DNA of 64,000 nucleotides from Pseudomonadota bacterium (lineage in GTDB: Bacteria; UBA10199; 2-02-FULL-44-16; JBDRGF01), in assembly GCA_043818055.1 (NCBI GenBank), contig JBDRGF010000159.1, positions 29,860-93,859 of the forward strand. The letters are read 5' to 3'. The notes below the pieces were generated by a model. That model saw only the letters and a program-made list of their open reading frames with translations, was not told the DNA's origin and did not search any database. Both the position numbers and the translations under genes were made by a program. Shown here piece by piece: positions 10,655 through 20,641 of the stretch (the stretch's first letter is position 1; every line of letters begins with the position of its first letter).

Positions 10655-12028
10655 TCACAGTTTTTCCGTCGTCCATTGGATATAATCCCTGATGGCGCCC
10701 CAATTCCTTGTTTTATAGAAGTATGTTAAGACGGATTTGACTCCAACATAAGATCTATAATGTTTAAACATTGCCCTTCTACAAAAATTATAGAGAACAT
10801 TTTCGTCAAGATCTTTTCTATAGATAGAAAAATACGGATATTCTTTATCTGAGGTAAAATCATATTTATCCTTGCATCGTTCAAATAGTGTGCTTCCGGG
10901 CAATGTCCTCAATACCCCCCAGCTAAGAAAGTTTGCTCTGATTTCCTTTTGTAGCTGAAGGCCCATTTTTATATCTTCATCAGTTTCATCCGGGTTTCCC
11001 ACCATAAAAAAAGCAAATGTCGTTATTTTAAGTTCATGGCACCACTTAAAGGCATTTCGTATATGCTCTACGGTATAGCCTTTCCTCAATGACTTCAGAA
11101 CCCTCGGCGAACCGGACTCCACGCCCAAAACTATAAAATACAAACCGGCCTTTTTCATTTTGACCAATAGTTCCCTTGTTAAAAAATCTACCCTAGTGGT
11201 GCAGGTCCATGGCAGGTTAATTCTTTCTTTAATTAACAAATCACAAATATCAAAGGTTCTTTTTTCCAAAATGGTAAAATCATCGTCGAAAAACCTTATC
11301 TCTCTTATTGGAAGCCTCCCCTTCCAGTATTTTATCTCTTCGATAATCCGATCGGGCGACATTGATCTAAGGGTATTCTTAAAAACCGCTTTCGAACAAA
11401 AAATACATCTGCCCGGACAACCTCTTGTTGTAACCATTGTTAAGGGAATACCATACCACCCGTATGGAGGATGAATTTTATATTTGCTCGAATCAACCTG
11501 TTCTAGGTCTGGGAATGGAAGGGTATCAAGATTCTCTATGTATTCCCGGGGGGGATTAATTATTATCTCATCTCGTTTCCTAAAAGCAATGCCTTTTATA
11601 TGATCTAACCTGTCTGATTTTAAAGATTCTACAACATCTACTATTGTATTCTCACCTTCTCCAATCGCCACCAAATCAATGGAATCTATCTCTTGCAATA
11701 CTTCCCTCGGAAGAGCTGAGGGATGCGAACCACCAACAATTATTTTTATTGTCGGAAACCATGATTTTAATTTATTCGCCAATTCCTTAACAGTAACATA
11801 TCTTCTGGTAAAAAAAGTAATCCCGATTAAGTCCGGATTATATTCCAATATCTTTTTTCTGAGCGCATAGTCTGATAATGGCTCAGCGCAAAGATCCAGT
11901 ATCAACGCCTCATGATTATTAGCTTTCAGGAATGAGGATAAATACGACAGACTCAATGCTGGAAAAGGGATATTTGATTTTTCAGGCAAGGGATTTATTA
12001 ATACGACTTTCATCTTATTCCTTTCCAT
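10655..12028 (-). CDS. B12-binding radical SAM protein (class B methyltransferase-like)
   Basis: VLINP, GGSHPS, GEGE, TRGCPGRCIFC, GVESG. Confidence 0.9.
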   Translation of the reverse strand: MERNKMKVVLINPLPEKSNIPFPALSLSYLSSFLKANNHEALILDLCAEPLSDYALRKKILEYNPDLIGITFFTRRYVTVKELANKLKSWFPTIKIIVGGSHPSALPREVLQEIDSIDLVAIGEGENTIVDVVESLKSDRLDHIKGIAFRKRDEIIINPPREYIENLDTLPFPDLEQVDSSKYKIHPPYGWYGIPLTMVTTRGCPGRCIFCSKAVFKNTLRSMSPDRIIEEIKYWKGRLPIREIRFFDDDFTILEKRTFDICDLLIKERINLPWTCTTRVDFLTRELLVKMKKAGLYFIVLGVESGSPRVLKSLRKGYTVEHIRNAFKWCHELKITTFAFFMVGNPDETDEDIKMGLQLQKEIRANFLSWGVLRTLPGSTLFERCKDKYDFTSDKEYPYFSIYRKDLDENVLYNFCRRAMFKHYRSYVGVKSVLTYFYKTRNWGAIRDYIQWTTEKL

Positions 12029-12033
12029 TAAAA

Positions 12034-13170
12034 TCAGAATAAATTATTCATTTTAATTTCATACCCGATGTTTAATTTTTGCATGCATTGCCGACAAATA
12101 TCGAATGTATTATAATTTTCCCCGGTTACAAATAAACCGCGGATTTTCTGTAATTTTCTACTATTCCAGATATCAGATAAATTGTCTTCGTTTATATTTC
12201 CCAAAACCAATCCTTTCTCGATTTTGTGAGAGAAGGCTGTGCAACATATTGAAACATCTCCGTTTATATATACCGCCAGTTGCAACCATGGTGACATGCA
12301 TAAGAAGCGCCGTCCCCTGGTGTACTTAAACCATGGAAGATAGTAGTCGGAATCCTTAAGCCGATACCCTTTTATGGAATCCTTCTCCATTTTATTGACG
12401 CCATTTAACAAGCTGGGAAGACTGCTCTTGAGACCAATCTTTGAGGAAAGCTTCTCGGCCTTCCTTAAAGTGGCAATGATTTTTTCCAGATCATAATTCT
12501 CTCTGAACTCCCTTGCGGTTTCTTCTGTAAATTGTGAAAAGTTTACCGGAACAAAACTAACGAATGAACTATTTAACTCTTTTGCCAGATAGACAAATGG
12601 GATAATGTCGTCTAAGTTGTTTTTCTGAATAACAAAATCCAGACGGCATATTTCTCTTTTAACATCAAGTTCCTTTCTAATCCTATCCAGTCGTCTGATA
12701 TTACCTAATAATTGATCAAATCCATTGTTTTTCCGTATCTTTTCGTAGGTCTCCTTTGTCGCTGCATCCATGGAAAATTTGATTAAATTGATGCCATTTT
12801 TTATTAAATTGTATGCAGTTCTTTCGTCAAGCAATAGACCGTTTGTAGTTATGAATGATTTAGATTTATTTTCGCTAGCTATCCTCACCAATTCGCAGAT
12901 GTCCTTATTCATCAACGGTTCAGCGGAAATGCCACCGAATAACATCATTTTTGGCTTTATCTGCGAATACAGCTTTTCTAATGTCTTAATGCTGAGAAAT
13001 TGCTTCTCAGATTGCTTAAAATATGATTGATTCCGATAACACATTTTACAGCTCAAATTGCAAACATTAGATGTGTCTACATTCACCGCAATCGGTTGAT
13101 TTAGAATCTTTTTATGTTTTAAAATCAGCGAAATGAAAGCCTTTATATATTCTGACATAAACCGTCCCAT
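12034..13170 (-). CDS. Radical SAM/SPASM(twitch) protein
   Basis: CNLSCKMC; C-terminal CMSPW...GDVSICC...CRQC. Confidence 0.9.
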   Translation of the reverse strand: MGRFMSEYIKAFISLILKHKKILNQPIAVNVDTSNVCNLSCKMCYRNQSYFKQSEKQFLSIKTLEKLYSQIKPKMMLFGGISAEPLMNKDICELVRIASENKSKSFITTNGLLLDERTAYNLIKNGINLIKFSMDAATKETYEKIRKNNGFDQLLGNIRRLDRIRKELDVKREICRLDFVIQKNNLDDIIPFVYLAKELNSSFVSFVPVNFSQFTEETAREFRENYDLEKIIATLRKAEKLSSKIGLKSSLPSLLNGVNKMEKDSIKGYRLKDSDYYLPWFKYTRGRRFLCMSPWLQLAVYINGDVSICCTAFSHKIEKGLVLGNINEDNLSDIWNSRKLQKIRGLFVTGENYNTFDICRQCMQKLNIGYEIKMNNLF

Positions 13171-13172
13171 AA

Positions 13173-14261
13173 TTATTCAATTGTTATTGAAGAAAACTTT
13201 CCTTTTTTTAATTTATTCGCTATTAACAAGGCTATTTTTTCAAACCTGTATCCTAGAAAGTTTGTAACTGCATCAGTCAAACTAAGCCTTATGCCCGAAG
13301 GAATACCTACTATAGGGGGAGTGCCCAAGACAATACAATTACCGCATAGTGGCAACAGATCAAGATAATCTCCATCGAGCATTGATTGTCTTAATTTAAG
13401 CATTTTATTGCTGTTCCAAATATCTATTAATTTGTTTTCCTTGATATTTCCTATAACATATTCATGATTGGTATCATAAACACATGGCACAACATCGCCA
13501 TTCCAGGTGATACATACTGTACTCCACAATCGCGAGCACGGCGGAAAAAAGCGGTCATGTTTTCTAGGGTTAAAGGTATCTACACCCTCAAAAGTGCTAC
13601 CCCAGGTTGAAACCTCCCTTAAACGGACCTCATCAATAAGACCATTGAATTTTTTCAAAAAAACCTCTTTTTCTTCTCCACTACAATCCCCTATTTCGAG
13701 CATTAAGATGGATAATACGGTATAGGGAGATTTTTTTTCTTTTCTCTTTTTCAATTCTAGGAAGTAAAAAATGTTATCAAGGGTTTTTTCAAAATCAGCA
13801 CCGACCCTTGCCTTTTCATAGGTTTCCTTATTAAACCCGTCAAAAGCAAAGCTTATACTGGCTATTCCGGAATACAATAACTGCTCCACCTTTTCCTTAG
13901 TCAAGAGGGTAGCATTTGTATTTAGCAAGATCTTTATGTCATTAGAACTTGCATATCTTACCATATCGAAGAATTGAGGGTGAAGCAGAGACTCGCCCCC
14001 AACTGCCAGGATGATTGCAGATGTATAATCCTTAACCTCATCTATTATCTTCTTGAACAGACCATAATCCATATAGCCCTTTTTAACACTTGTCATTCCA
14101 GTCCCCGTAGGACACATAATACATTTCAAGTTGCAATGGTTGGTTGGCTCTAACCAAATAAAACTAGGGGGATTATCTAAATGCACCTTTTTCCTGTGAT
14201 AATTTTTTAAGGCCCTTATATTATTGAATAGTATTTTAATTTTTTTTATCATATCTGACAT
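13173..14261 (-). CDS. Radical SAM/SPASM(twitch) protein
   Basis: CNLKCIMC; CSRLW...GDVVPC...CGNC. Confidence 0.9.
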   Translation of the reverse strand: MSDMIKKIKILFNNIRALKNYHRKKVHLDNPPSFIWLEPTNHCNLKCIMCPTGTGMTSVKKGYMDYGLFKKIIDEVKDYTSAIILAVGGESLLHPQFFDMVRYASSNDIKILLNTNATLLTKEKVEQLLYSGIASISFAFDGFNKETYEKARVGADFEKTLDNIFYFLELKKRKEKKSPYTVLSILMLEIGDCSGEEKEVFLKKFNGLIDEVRLREVSTWGSTFEGVDTFNPRKHDRFFPPCSRLWSTVCITWNGDVVPCVYDTNHEYVIGNIKENKLIDIWNSNKMLKLRQSMLDGDYLDLLPLCGNCIVLGTPPIVGIPSGIRLSLTDAVTNFLGYRFEKIALLIANKLKKGKFSSITIE

Positions 14262-14275
14262 TTATTAATTACTAA

Positions 14276-15727
14276 CTAACCGCATATCCGATGGTTTATC
14301 ATAGCTACTTTTAAAGCTTCAAAATAATTTGTATAGGACTTCTTGGTCTTTTGAGTATAAAGTTGTCTCAGCAATACATATGGACGAAAAACCAACATTT
14401 CTAAGAGGAAGAGGCTAAAGCGTGGATACGTGAATAGATTAAGGTTAGCATTCTTTTGCCCCAACGAGAGAAACTTTGATCTATAGTATAATAATTCATT
14501 TCTCGATAGAGTTGACCGAAAATTGGGATTTTCCGTTAACGAAAACGATAGATCATCCAACATCTCTCCATCTTGCTCATTATAGTAGGAAGTACCTGGC
14601 ATAGGCATATAATAGTTTACTGTTACAAAAGTTGGTTTGACCTCTTTCAACAATTCTACGGTTTGGTCCATATCGCGTTTGGTCTCTCCAGGAAGGCCTA
14701 TGATAAGAAATATATATGTATATATACCAGCGTCGTTGATAGCCTTGATTGCCGTTTTAACCTGTTCAATTGTAATCCCCTTATTCATATCAATAAGCAT
14801 TCTTGGAGACCCAGATTCAACCCCTAGTGCCAATTGCATAAAGCCCGCTTCCTTCATCAATTTCAACGTTTCTTTTGAACCTACCTTATCTACTCTTGTC
14901 TGTGCATATATCTTCAATTTTATCTTCTCTTTTAATAGTCCTTCACAGAATTCCGTAACGCGTCTATCAGTGAAATAAAAGAGGTCGTCCAGAAGGACAA
15001 GTCCCTTAATCTTATATCTGTCTATCTGCCATTTGATCTCATCTATTATTTCGCCGATAGGCCTTTCGCGGTACACGTTCCTTATTGGCTCAGTACAAAA
15101 CTTACATCTAAATGGACATCCTCTATTGGCCATCAGAAAACCCGTCTTGATGAAATGCCCAGGTATACCACCCAGCTTGATATTTGTATAGTGAACATAG
15201 TCCACTAAATCAACTGCGGGATATAAAAGATTATAGAGATCCTTCGGTTCTCTTCGAGATGTTTGGAAAACCTTCCGTTCTTTCAAGAAGGCAATGCCTT
15301 TTATGTCTTCCAATGTCTTACTTGAATCATAAGCATTTATGAGTTCAACCGCTGTTTCTTCACCTTCGCCAATTACTACCACATCGGCTGAATAGCTTAG
15401 ATATTTTTCAGGTGAAAAAGAGGGGTCTTTTCCACCGCATATGATGATTTTATCCTTGGTAGTCTCTCTTACCTTTTTTATTATCCTTGAGGCAACCTTT
15501 CTATTCCAACTTATGACTCCTAAACCAATGAAATCGGGATCAAAAATGTAGAGCTCCTCCCACAATTTCTTATTTTTTCGGGTATTAAAATCTTCATCGA
15601 TAAATTCGATTATCTTCACCTCATGTTGTGCTCTTCTAAGATAACTAGCTACATATAGTAAACCCAAGGCAGGACGCCATCCTTTTCTAGGATTTATAAG
15701 TAATATTTTCTTTCTCATATTATACAA
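14276..15727 (-). CDS. B12-binding radical SAM protein (class B methyltransferase-like)
   Basis: LLINP...LGLLY, GEGE, RGCPFRCKFC, GVESG, PGT. Confidence 0.9.
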   Translation of the reverse strand: MYNMRKKILLINPRKGWRPALGLLYVASYLRRAQHEVKIIEFIDEDFNTRKNKKLWEELYIFDPDFIGLGVISWNRKVASRIIKKVRETTKDKIIICGGKDPSFSPEKYLSYSADVVVIGEGEETAVELINAYDSSKTLEDIKGIAFLKERKVFQTSRREPKDLYNLLYPAVDLVDYVHYTNIKLGGIPGHFIKTGFLMANRGCPFRCKFCTEPIRNVYRERPIGEIIDEIKWQIDRYKIKGLVLLDDLFYFTDRRVTEFCEGLLKEKIKLKIYAQTRVDKVGSKETLKLMKEAGFMQLALGVESGSPRMLIDMNKGITIEQVKTAIKAINDAGIYTYIFLIIGLPGETKRDMDQTVELLKEVKPTFVTVNYYMPMPGTSYYNEQDGEMLDDLSFSLTENPNFRSTLSRNELLYYRSKFLSLGQKNANLNLFTYPRFSLFLLEMLVFRPYVLLRQLYTQKTKKSYTNYFEALKVAMINHRICG

Positions 15728-16730
15728 CCTGTTTTATCCGCAAGAAATCGCATCTTCTGCAGAAGTCAAATTCTTCCTGGTGTTTCCTGAGATAATTGAA
15801 TTTCTCACCACACCATACTTCTCTTATGTCCTTTTCCAGCATGTTGCCCATATTTAGTTCTTTAGAAAAACAACAAGGATAGACATCGCCATTTTGAGCA
15901 ATAAATACGAAATCTTGAAATCTGTAACAATATGTATCGAGTCTTAGAAGAAACTTGAAATACTTGTAAAAAAACCCTTTCCATCCATCGAATATTTGAT
16001 CTTGGAGATAGTCAATTCTTATCTTGTATCTCTTTCTTAACCTAGCAAATTCATTAAATATCTCTCTTTCTTCTATCAAGTTAGGCCGTTTCATGTCAGG
16101 GACAAACCTTAAATCAACGCGAACGACATTGATCCTATCAACACAATTTTCAGCACCCCACTTGATTATCTCATAAACATCTTGCACTTTATCGCTAAAC
16201 AGAATGGGCTGAAGCGTAACTCTTGGTGTTAAAGAACCCAGTTCCTTTTTCATCTCAATCAATCTTTTTATGTTCCTTAGCGCTTTTACATTTGGATGGG
16301 ATATTTCACTGTTTTCCTTCAGACTTTCAATGGAAAACGAAATCCAGTCCAGTTTTGACCGAATTACTTTCTCCATCTTCTCTTCATCTTCTAACAACAA
16401 ACCATTTGTCGTTATCTGAACTTCCAAACCTCTTTCCTTACAGTATCTTATGGCCTCATAAAATCTAGGGTATGTTAATGTTTCTCCAATTCCCACCAAA
16501 ATCACAGTCTTTACCGCTTCAAGTCTATCTACCACTTTCTTGAATAACTCGTAATCCATATGAGTTCGTTCGATATCAATATAATTTCTGATGCACATCT
16601 TACAATCTAAATTACAACAATTGGTAATACATATCTGTGCAAAACGAGGTGAGCTCTCTGGTATATGCAAGATTTTCCTTATCGCTGTAGAGATAAAGCT
16701 TCTACTCATATTAATAAACAAGCCTCTCAT
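15720..16730 (-). CDS. Radical SAM/SPASM(twitch) protein
   Basis: CNLDCKMC; CYRF...GDVYPCC...CRRC. Confidence 0.9.
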   Translation of the reverse strand: MRGLFINMSRSFISTAIRKILHIPESSPRFAQICITNCCNLDCKMCIRNYIDIERTHMDYELFKKVVDRLEAVKTVILVGIGETLTYPRFYEAIRYCKERGLEVQITTNGLLLEDEEKMEKVIRSKLDWISFSIESLKENSEISHPNVKALRNIKRLIEMKKELGSLTPRVTLQPILFSDKVQDVYEIIKWGAENCVDRINVVRVDLRFVPDMKRPNLIEEREIFNEFARLRKRYKIRIDYLQDQIFDGWKGFFYKYFKFLLRLDTYCYRFQDFVFIAQNGDVYPCCFSKELNMGNMLEKDIREVWCGEKFNYLRKHQEEFDFCRRCDFLRIKQVV

Positions 16731-17775
16731 CTAAATTCTCCTGACTTTGCTGGGCACGCTTGATTAGCTCTTTATTAAAGATATAATAAAGATAGCTAAT
16801 GAACGCTACAAAAATTAAAGACGCCTCACCAAGTATTCTCGAAACCACTACAAAAATCCCAGCCTCAGGCGCATTAACACCCATCAATACCAAAACCCCA
16901 AACCAACTGACATCAAGTGATCCAAGAGCCCCTGGAATAAATGTTGCAATAATTATGACCTGAACCACGGCAGAGCCTAATAAGATATAGTAAAAAGGGA
17001 TGTTGATCTGTAAAGCTAAAATAATAATATAAACCCGTAATGTTATGCATAATTGTTTCAAACAGGAGTAAAAAAATAATCTAATGGCAATACTTCTACT
17101 AAATGGGTTGAGTTTTTCGGACATTATAGAATTGTTCTGAAACCTTCTTTTGAAAAAGAAAACCTTGGAAACGATCTTAAGTAAAAACCTATAAACCCGT
17201 ATTATCAATCCGAATATCATTCCATTTTTATAAACAATCAAACCAAACAATGAGAGGATCGACACAACAATAAATGTAACCGAGGCCTCTAAAGATAAAA
17301 TGTCAACAAAAAAAAGCAATGATGGGATAACCAGTAAAATGAGTATTAATAAATCAAATAATTGTTCGATAAAGATTGCCAGTACCCCTTTGTCTGCTGG
17401 TATTTTATGTAATAACTTCATGGAAATAGTTTTAAGGCCATAATTTCCACTTTGTGGTATTATAGTATTCAATATCATAGCTATTGCACAATTGTATAAA
17501 AAATAACCTTTGGGGATTTTACTAATGTCCACTAAATTATTTAAAATCATTTTCCATTTTAAACCTGAAATACTAAGAATGAAAAAATTTGTAATTACTA
17601 TAGCAATGAGATAATAATATTTAATATTACGAAGATTATTTATAACCATTTTTGGTGAAATGCCGGCGAGCCTTATCATCAAGACAATCAAAAAAAAACC
17701 CAGAACAGCTAAAGATGAATTAATGATAATTTTATAATGTTGTTTAAAAAAAATTTTACCTGAAATTAATTTCAT
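16711..17775 (-). CDS. Lysylphosphatidylglycerol-synthase TM / flippase-like membrane protein
   Basis: KW motif, IEQLFD, PGALG, multi-TM. Confidence 0.75.
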   Translation of the reverse strand: MKLISGKIFFKQHYKIIINSSLAVLGFFLIVLMIRLAGISPKMVINNLRNIKYYYLIAIVITNFFILSISGLKWKMILNNLVDISKIPKGYFLYNCAIAMILNTIIPQSGNYGLKTISMKLLHKIPADKGVLAIFIEQLFDLLILILLVIPSLLFFVDILSLEASVTFIVVSILSLFGLIVYKNGMIFGLIIRVYRFLLKIVSKVFFFKRRFQNNSIMSEKLNPFSRSIAIRLFFYSCLKQLCITLRVYIIILALQINIPFYYILLGSAVVQVIIIATFIPGALGSLDVSWFGVLVLMGVNAPEAGIFVVVSRILGEASLIFVAFISYLYYIFNKELIKRAQQSQENLDERLVY

Positions 17776-17804
17776 TCTTTATCCCCATCTCAACACCTAT
17801 CCAA

Positions 17805-19064
17805 TCACTTGTTCAACCTCATTCTGAAAAAATCTTTTACACTGCTGGCAATGTAGCGAATGTCTTTTTCAGTCAAGCTGGGATGGCAAGGCAAGTAGAT
17901 AATTTTGCCGTTAAGCTTACTGGCATTAGGAAAAACACTGTTAACATAAGGTTGAAAACGCTTCATCTGAGTGATATCTTCGGCCGATTCATCTTGGGCA
18001 TCAATTTTGTTTTTTAGAAGATATTCTTGAAGGTCTTTTTTTCTTTCCGTCCAAATAGCATAGTGGACACAAACATGTTCTCTATCGGTTGGATCGGATG
18101 GGATATGAAGCTCTTTGATACTTTTTAGTTCATTATTTAGAATTTTGAGATACTCTCGACGCCGTTGATTAGTTGAGTCAATCGTCATAATCTGGCGCAG
18201 TCCCATCCTTGCCTGAATACTATACATATCTATCTTGAAATCTTCTGGGACGCCGTTGTAGTAAGGTTTTTTGATTCGAAACCACGAAGCAAACCTTTCA
18301 TCTTCTTCTATCTGATATCTGTAACTAAGTGGAAAGAGAGTAAATCTATGTATCAAAGGCGTATTGAGAAATTTGAGCAAGCAGCCTTTGAAAATACCAT
18401 GGTAAAGATTCTTCACCGAAATAGTTTTGAAGTCTCGTTTCAACTCACGTAGTCGTTCAATAAAGATTTGGTCGTTGGAAGTGACCATGCCTCCACCAAA
18501 TCCGTAAAAGGATTTTCCGTATCCAAAACTGAAAGCACCAATGTCAAAAGAACCAACTCGCCTATCCTGAAACCGGCTACCACAAGAGCGAGCACAGTCT
18601 TCAATAACACGGAGATTATACTTCCGAGCTACATCCATAACAGCCTTTATATCGGCAGGAAGACCGTTAAGATGCGCGAGCAAAATGACTCGGGTTTTGG
18701 AGGTGATAGCATTTTCTATTTTTGAGCTATCAATATTCAATGTTTCAAAGTCAACATCAACAAATATTGGCTTCAATCCGGCCAAGAGAACCACAGCTGC
18801 ATCCACCCAAAAGGTAAATGCAGGAAGAATAACCTCATCACCATCCTCTAAATTCAAGGCCTTAAGGCAAAAGTAGAGCGCGCTGCGGCATTTTGGAAAG
18901 GCTACTGCTTCTCTGGTGCCAATAAATCGGGCGTAGGCCCTTTCAAATTCAGATAACAATAACCGACCCCCGGCCATAGATGGATTGAGAACGCGAAACA
19001 GGGCTGACATTACCTCGACTGTTTTAAGATCAACCCAGACCCTAGGATATGCCTTAAACATCAT
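17805..19064 (-). CDS. DegT/DnrJ/EryC1/StrS PLP aminotransferase
   Basis: GDEVILPAFT, IEDCA, FSFGYGK (PLP lysine), GGGM, LPCHP. Confidence 0.85.
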   Translation of the reverse strand: MMFKAYPRVWVDLKTVEVMSALFRVLNPSMAGGRLLLSEFERAYARFIGTREAVAFPKCRSALYFCLKALNLEDGDEVILPAFTFWVDAAVVLLAGLKPIFVDVDFETLNIDSSKIENAITSKTRVILLAHLNGLPADIKAVMDVARKYNLRVIEDCARSCGSRFQDRRVGSFDIGAFSFGYGKSFYGFGGGMVTSNDQIFIERLRELKRDFKTISVKNLYHGIFKGCLLKFLNTPLIHRFTLFPLSYRYQIEEDERFASWFRIKKPYYNGVPEDFKIDMYSIQARMGLRQIMTIDSTNQRRREYLKILNNELKSIKELHIPSDPTDREHVCVHYAIWTERKKDLQEYLLKNKIDAQDESAEDITQMKRFQPYVNSVFPNASKLNGKIIYLPCHPSLTEKDIRYIASSVKDFFRMRLNK

Positions 19065-19099
19065 TCACCAACCATTTCTTCACATTTCTGATAATAAAA

Positions 19100-19309
19100 T
19101 TGTCCCAAATCCAGACCCTTCTCTTCCATTTACGGTTTATCAATCAATATACCATCACGCTATTTTACTCTCCAACAACCTATCTATTACACCATGTGAT
19201 ATATCACGTACTTCCGTGCCGCTTCTGCTGACATTACCAATCTAGATTCGATTTCTTCGACCACTTGCCGTTTAAACCCTTTCTCAAATTTCCTTCTCGT
19301 CACTCCCAT
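19100..19309 (-). pseudogene. Degenerate IS3-family OrfA (HTH transposase) remnant; 3' limit approximate
   Basis: GAGGGGAG RBS then MGVTRRKFEKGFKRQVVEEIESRLVMSAEAARKY, continuing in a shifted frame as ISHGVIDR; stops follow. Confidence 0.6.
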
Positions 19310-19488
19310 CACAAATCTCCCCTCTAGCTAAGTTCTCTGAGATTTGCAACATCCTTTCTCATTTTTTAGTCCAAAATCTCAACCCATAAGTATGCATATC
19401 AAAGTAAACCAAGAGGCAATATCGAGTTCGAGGCACACGAAACTGAATTGATCAATACTACATGCATTTTTTCACTTTAGAAAAATAT

Positions 19489-19662
19489 TTATTCAAGCGA
19501 TGACGTAACGGCACTGCCTCCATTACCAAAAATGAAGATGTTTACCGCATTTTCATACGCTAGAATAAGTTCAGAAATAAAACCCTTAAACTCTCTCTCA
19601 TCAACTTTATCAAAGATGTTGATCAGTTCGGTAAAATATTGTCTCAAGAAGACCTCTTTCAT
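19489..19662 (-). pseudogene. gmhA: Truncated second gmhA (57 aa N-terminal fragment)
   Basis: MKEVFLRQYFTELINIFDKVDEREFKGFISELILAYENAVNIFIFGNGGSAVTSSLE*; stops just after the GNGGSA motif; directly downstream of hddA. Confidence 0.75.
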
Positions 19663-19671
19663 AATAAACTA

Positions 19672-20640
19672 TTACTCGCGGAATAACAATTTGGAACCTT
19701 CCGAATCGATGCTAAATGGTAGCGACCTACACCCCATTTTCTGTTCCAATTGTCCATGATCCACCGCATAAACAAGCATAAAACCAGCCCCGCCAGCGCC
19801 CAGAAGCTTACCACCCGACGCTCCACCCTCTATTGCCTTTTTGTACATTGCATCGATCTCATGATTAGAAATACCTGACGCAAGTTCCCTTTTGTAACAC
19901 CACCCTTTATTTAAATATTCTCCGACTAAATCGTACTTACCCTTCGAGAGTTTGTCCTTTAGATCATCTGCCATGGAAGCCATGTCTTTCACGCACAGCA
20001 TCATTGAATCCTGAGATAAGTTATCTCTTTGTCTGGAAAGAATATCTGCCGATCGCCTCTCTCCACCCGTGTAATATAAACGTAAACATTCTTCAAACTT
20101 CTTAATAGTAACGATGTCCAATTCGATCGGATACACATTTACAGTTTCATCCTTATTAAATCTAATATAATTAAGTCCTCCGTAGGCAACGGCATATTGG
20201 TCCTGTTTTCCAACAGGATCTCCAAGAACATCCATCTCTATTTCACATGATTCCCTAGCCAATCGTTCCTTTGAAACTTCAATTCCCCTATAAGCATAGA
20301 GAGCATTCAAAAGGCCGACTGTAAACGAACTGGATGAACCAAGGCCAGTACCCTTAGGGACATCAGCAAAGCTTGCTATCTCGATACCTTTATCAATTTC
20401 CACTTTTTCCAAACAAGCCTTAACAATCGGATGCTTAATATCTTTAACGTTGGAAACATCTTCGGTTTTAGAATATTTTACGCGTATCTTGTCATGAAAG
20501 TAAGGATGAATCACTATGTACATGTACTTTCTAATCGCAGCACTCACAACAGATCCATAGCCACTCTTCGAATAAAATTCTCTCAAATCGCTTCCTCCAC
20601 CGACAAAACTCACTCTAAAAGGAGTTCTCGTTATTATCAT
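19672..20640 (-). CDS. hddA: D-glycero-alpha-D-manno-heptose-7-phosphate kinase (GHMP)
   Basis: RTPFRVSFVGGGSD, GTGLGSSS, GKQDQY, GGKLLGAGGAG. Confidence 0.85.
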   Translation of the reverse strand: MIITRTPFRVSFVGGGSDLREFYSKSGYGSVVSAAIRKYMYIVIHPYFHDKIRVKYSKTEDVSNVKDIKHPIVKACLEKVEIDKGIEIASFADVPKGTGLGSSSSFTVGLLNALYAYRGIEVSKERLARESCEIEMDVLGDPVGKQDQYAVAYGGLNYIRFNKDETVNVYPIELDIVTIKKFEECLRLYYTGGERRSADILSRQRDNLSQDSMMLCVKDMASMADDLKDKLSKGKYDLVGEYLNKGWCYKRELASGISNHEIDAMYKKAIEGGASGGKLLGAGGAGFMLVYAVDHGQLEQKMGCRSLPFSIDSEGSKLLFRE

Positions 20641-20641
20641 A

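Noticed and set aside
7470..16730. RiPP cluster from the SPASM enzymes
   Set aside because: No precursor-like small ORF, RRE domain, peptidase or peptide exporter seen; the context is sugar biosynthesis
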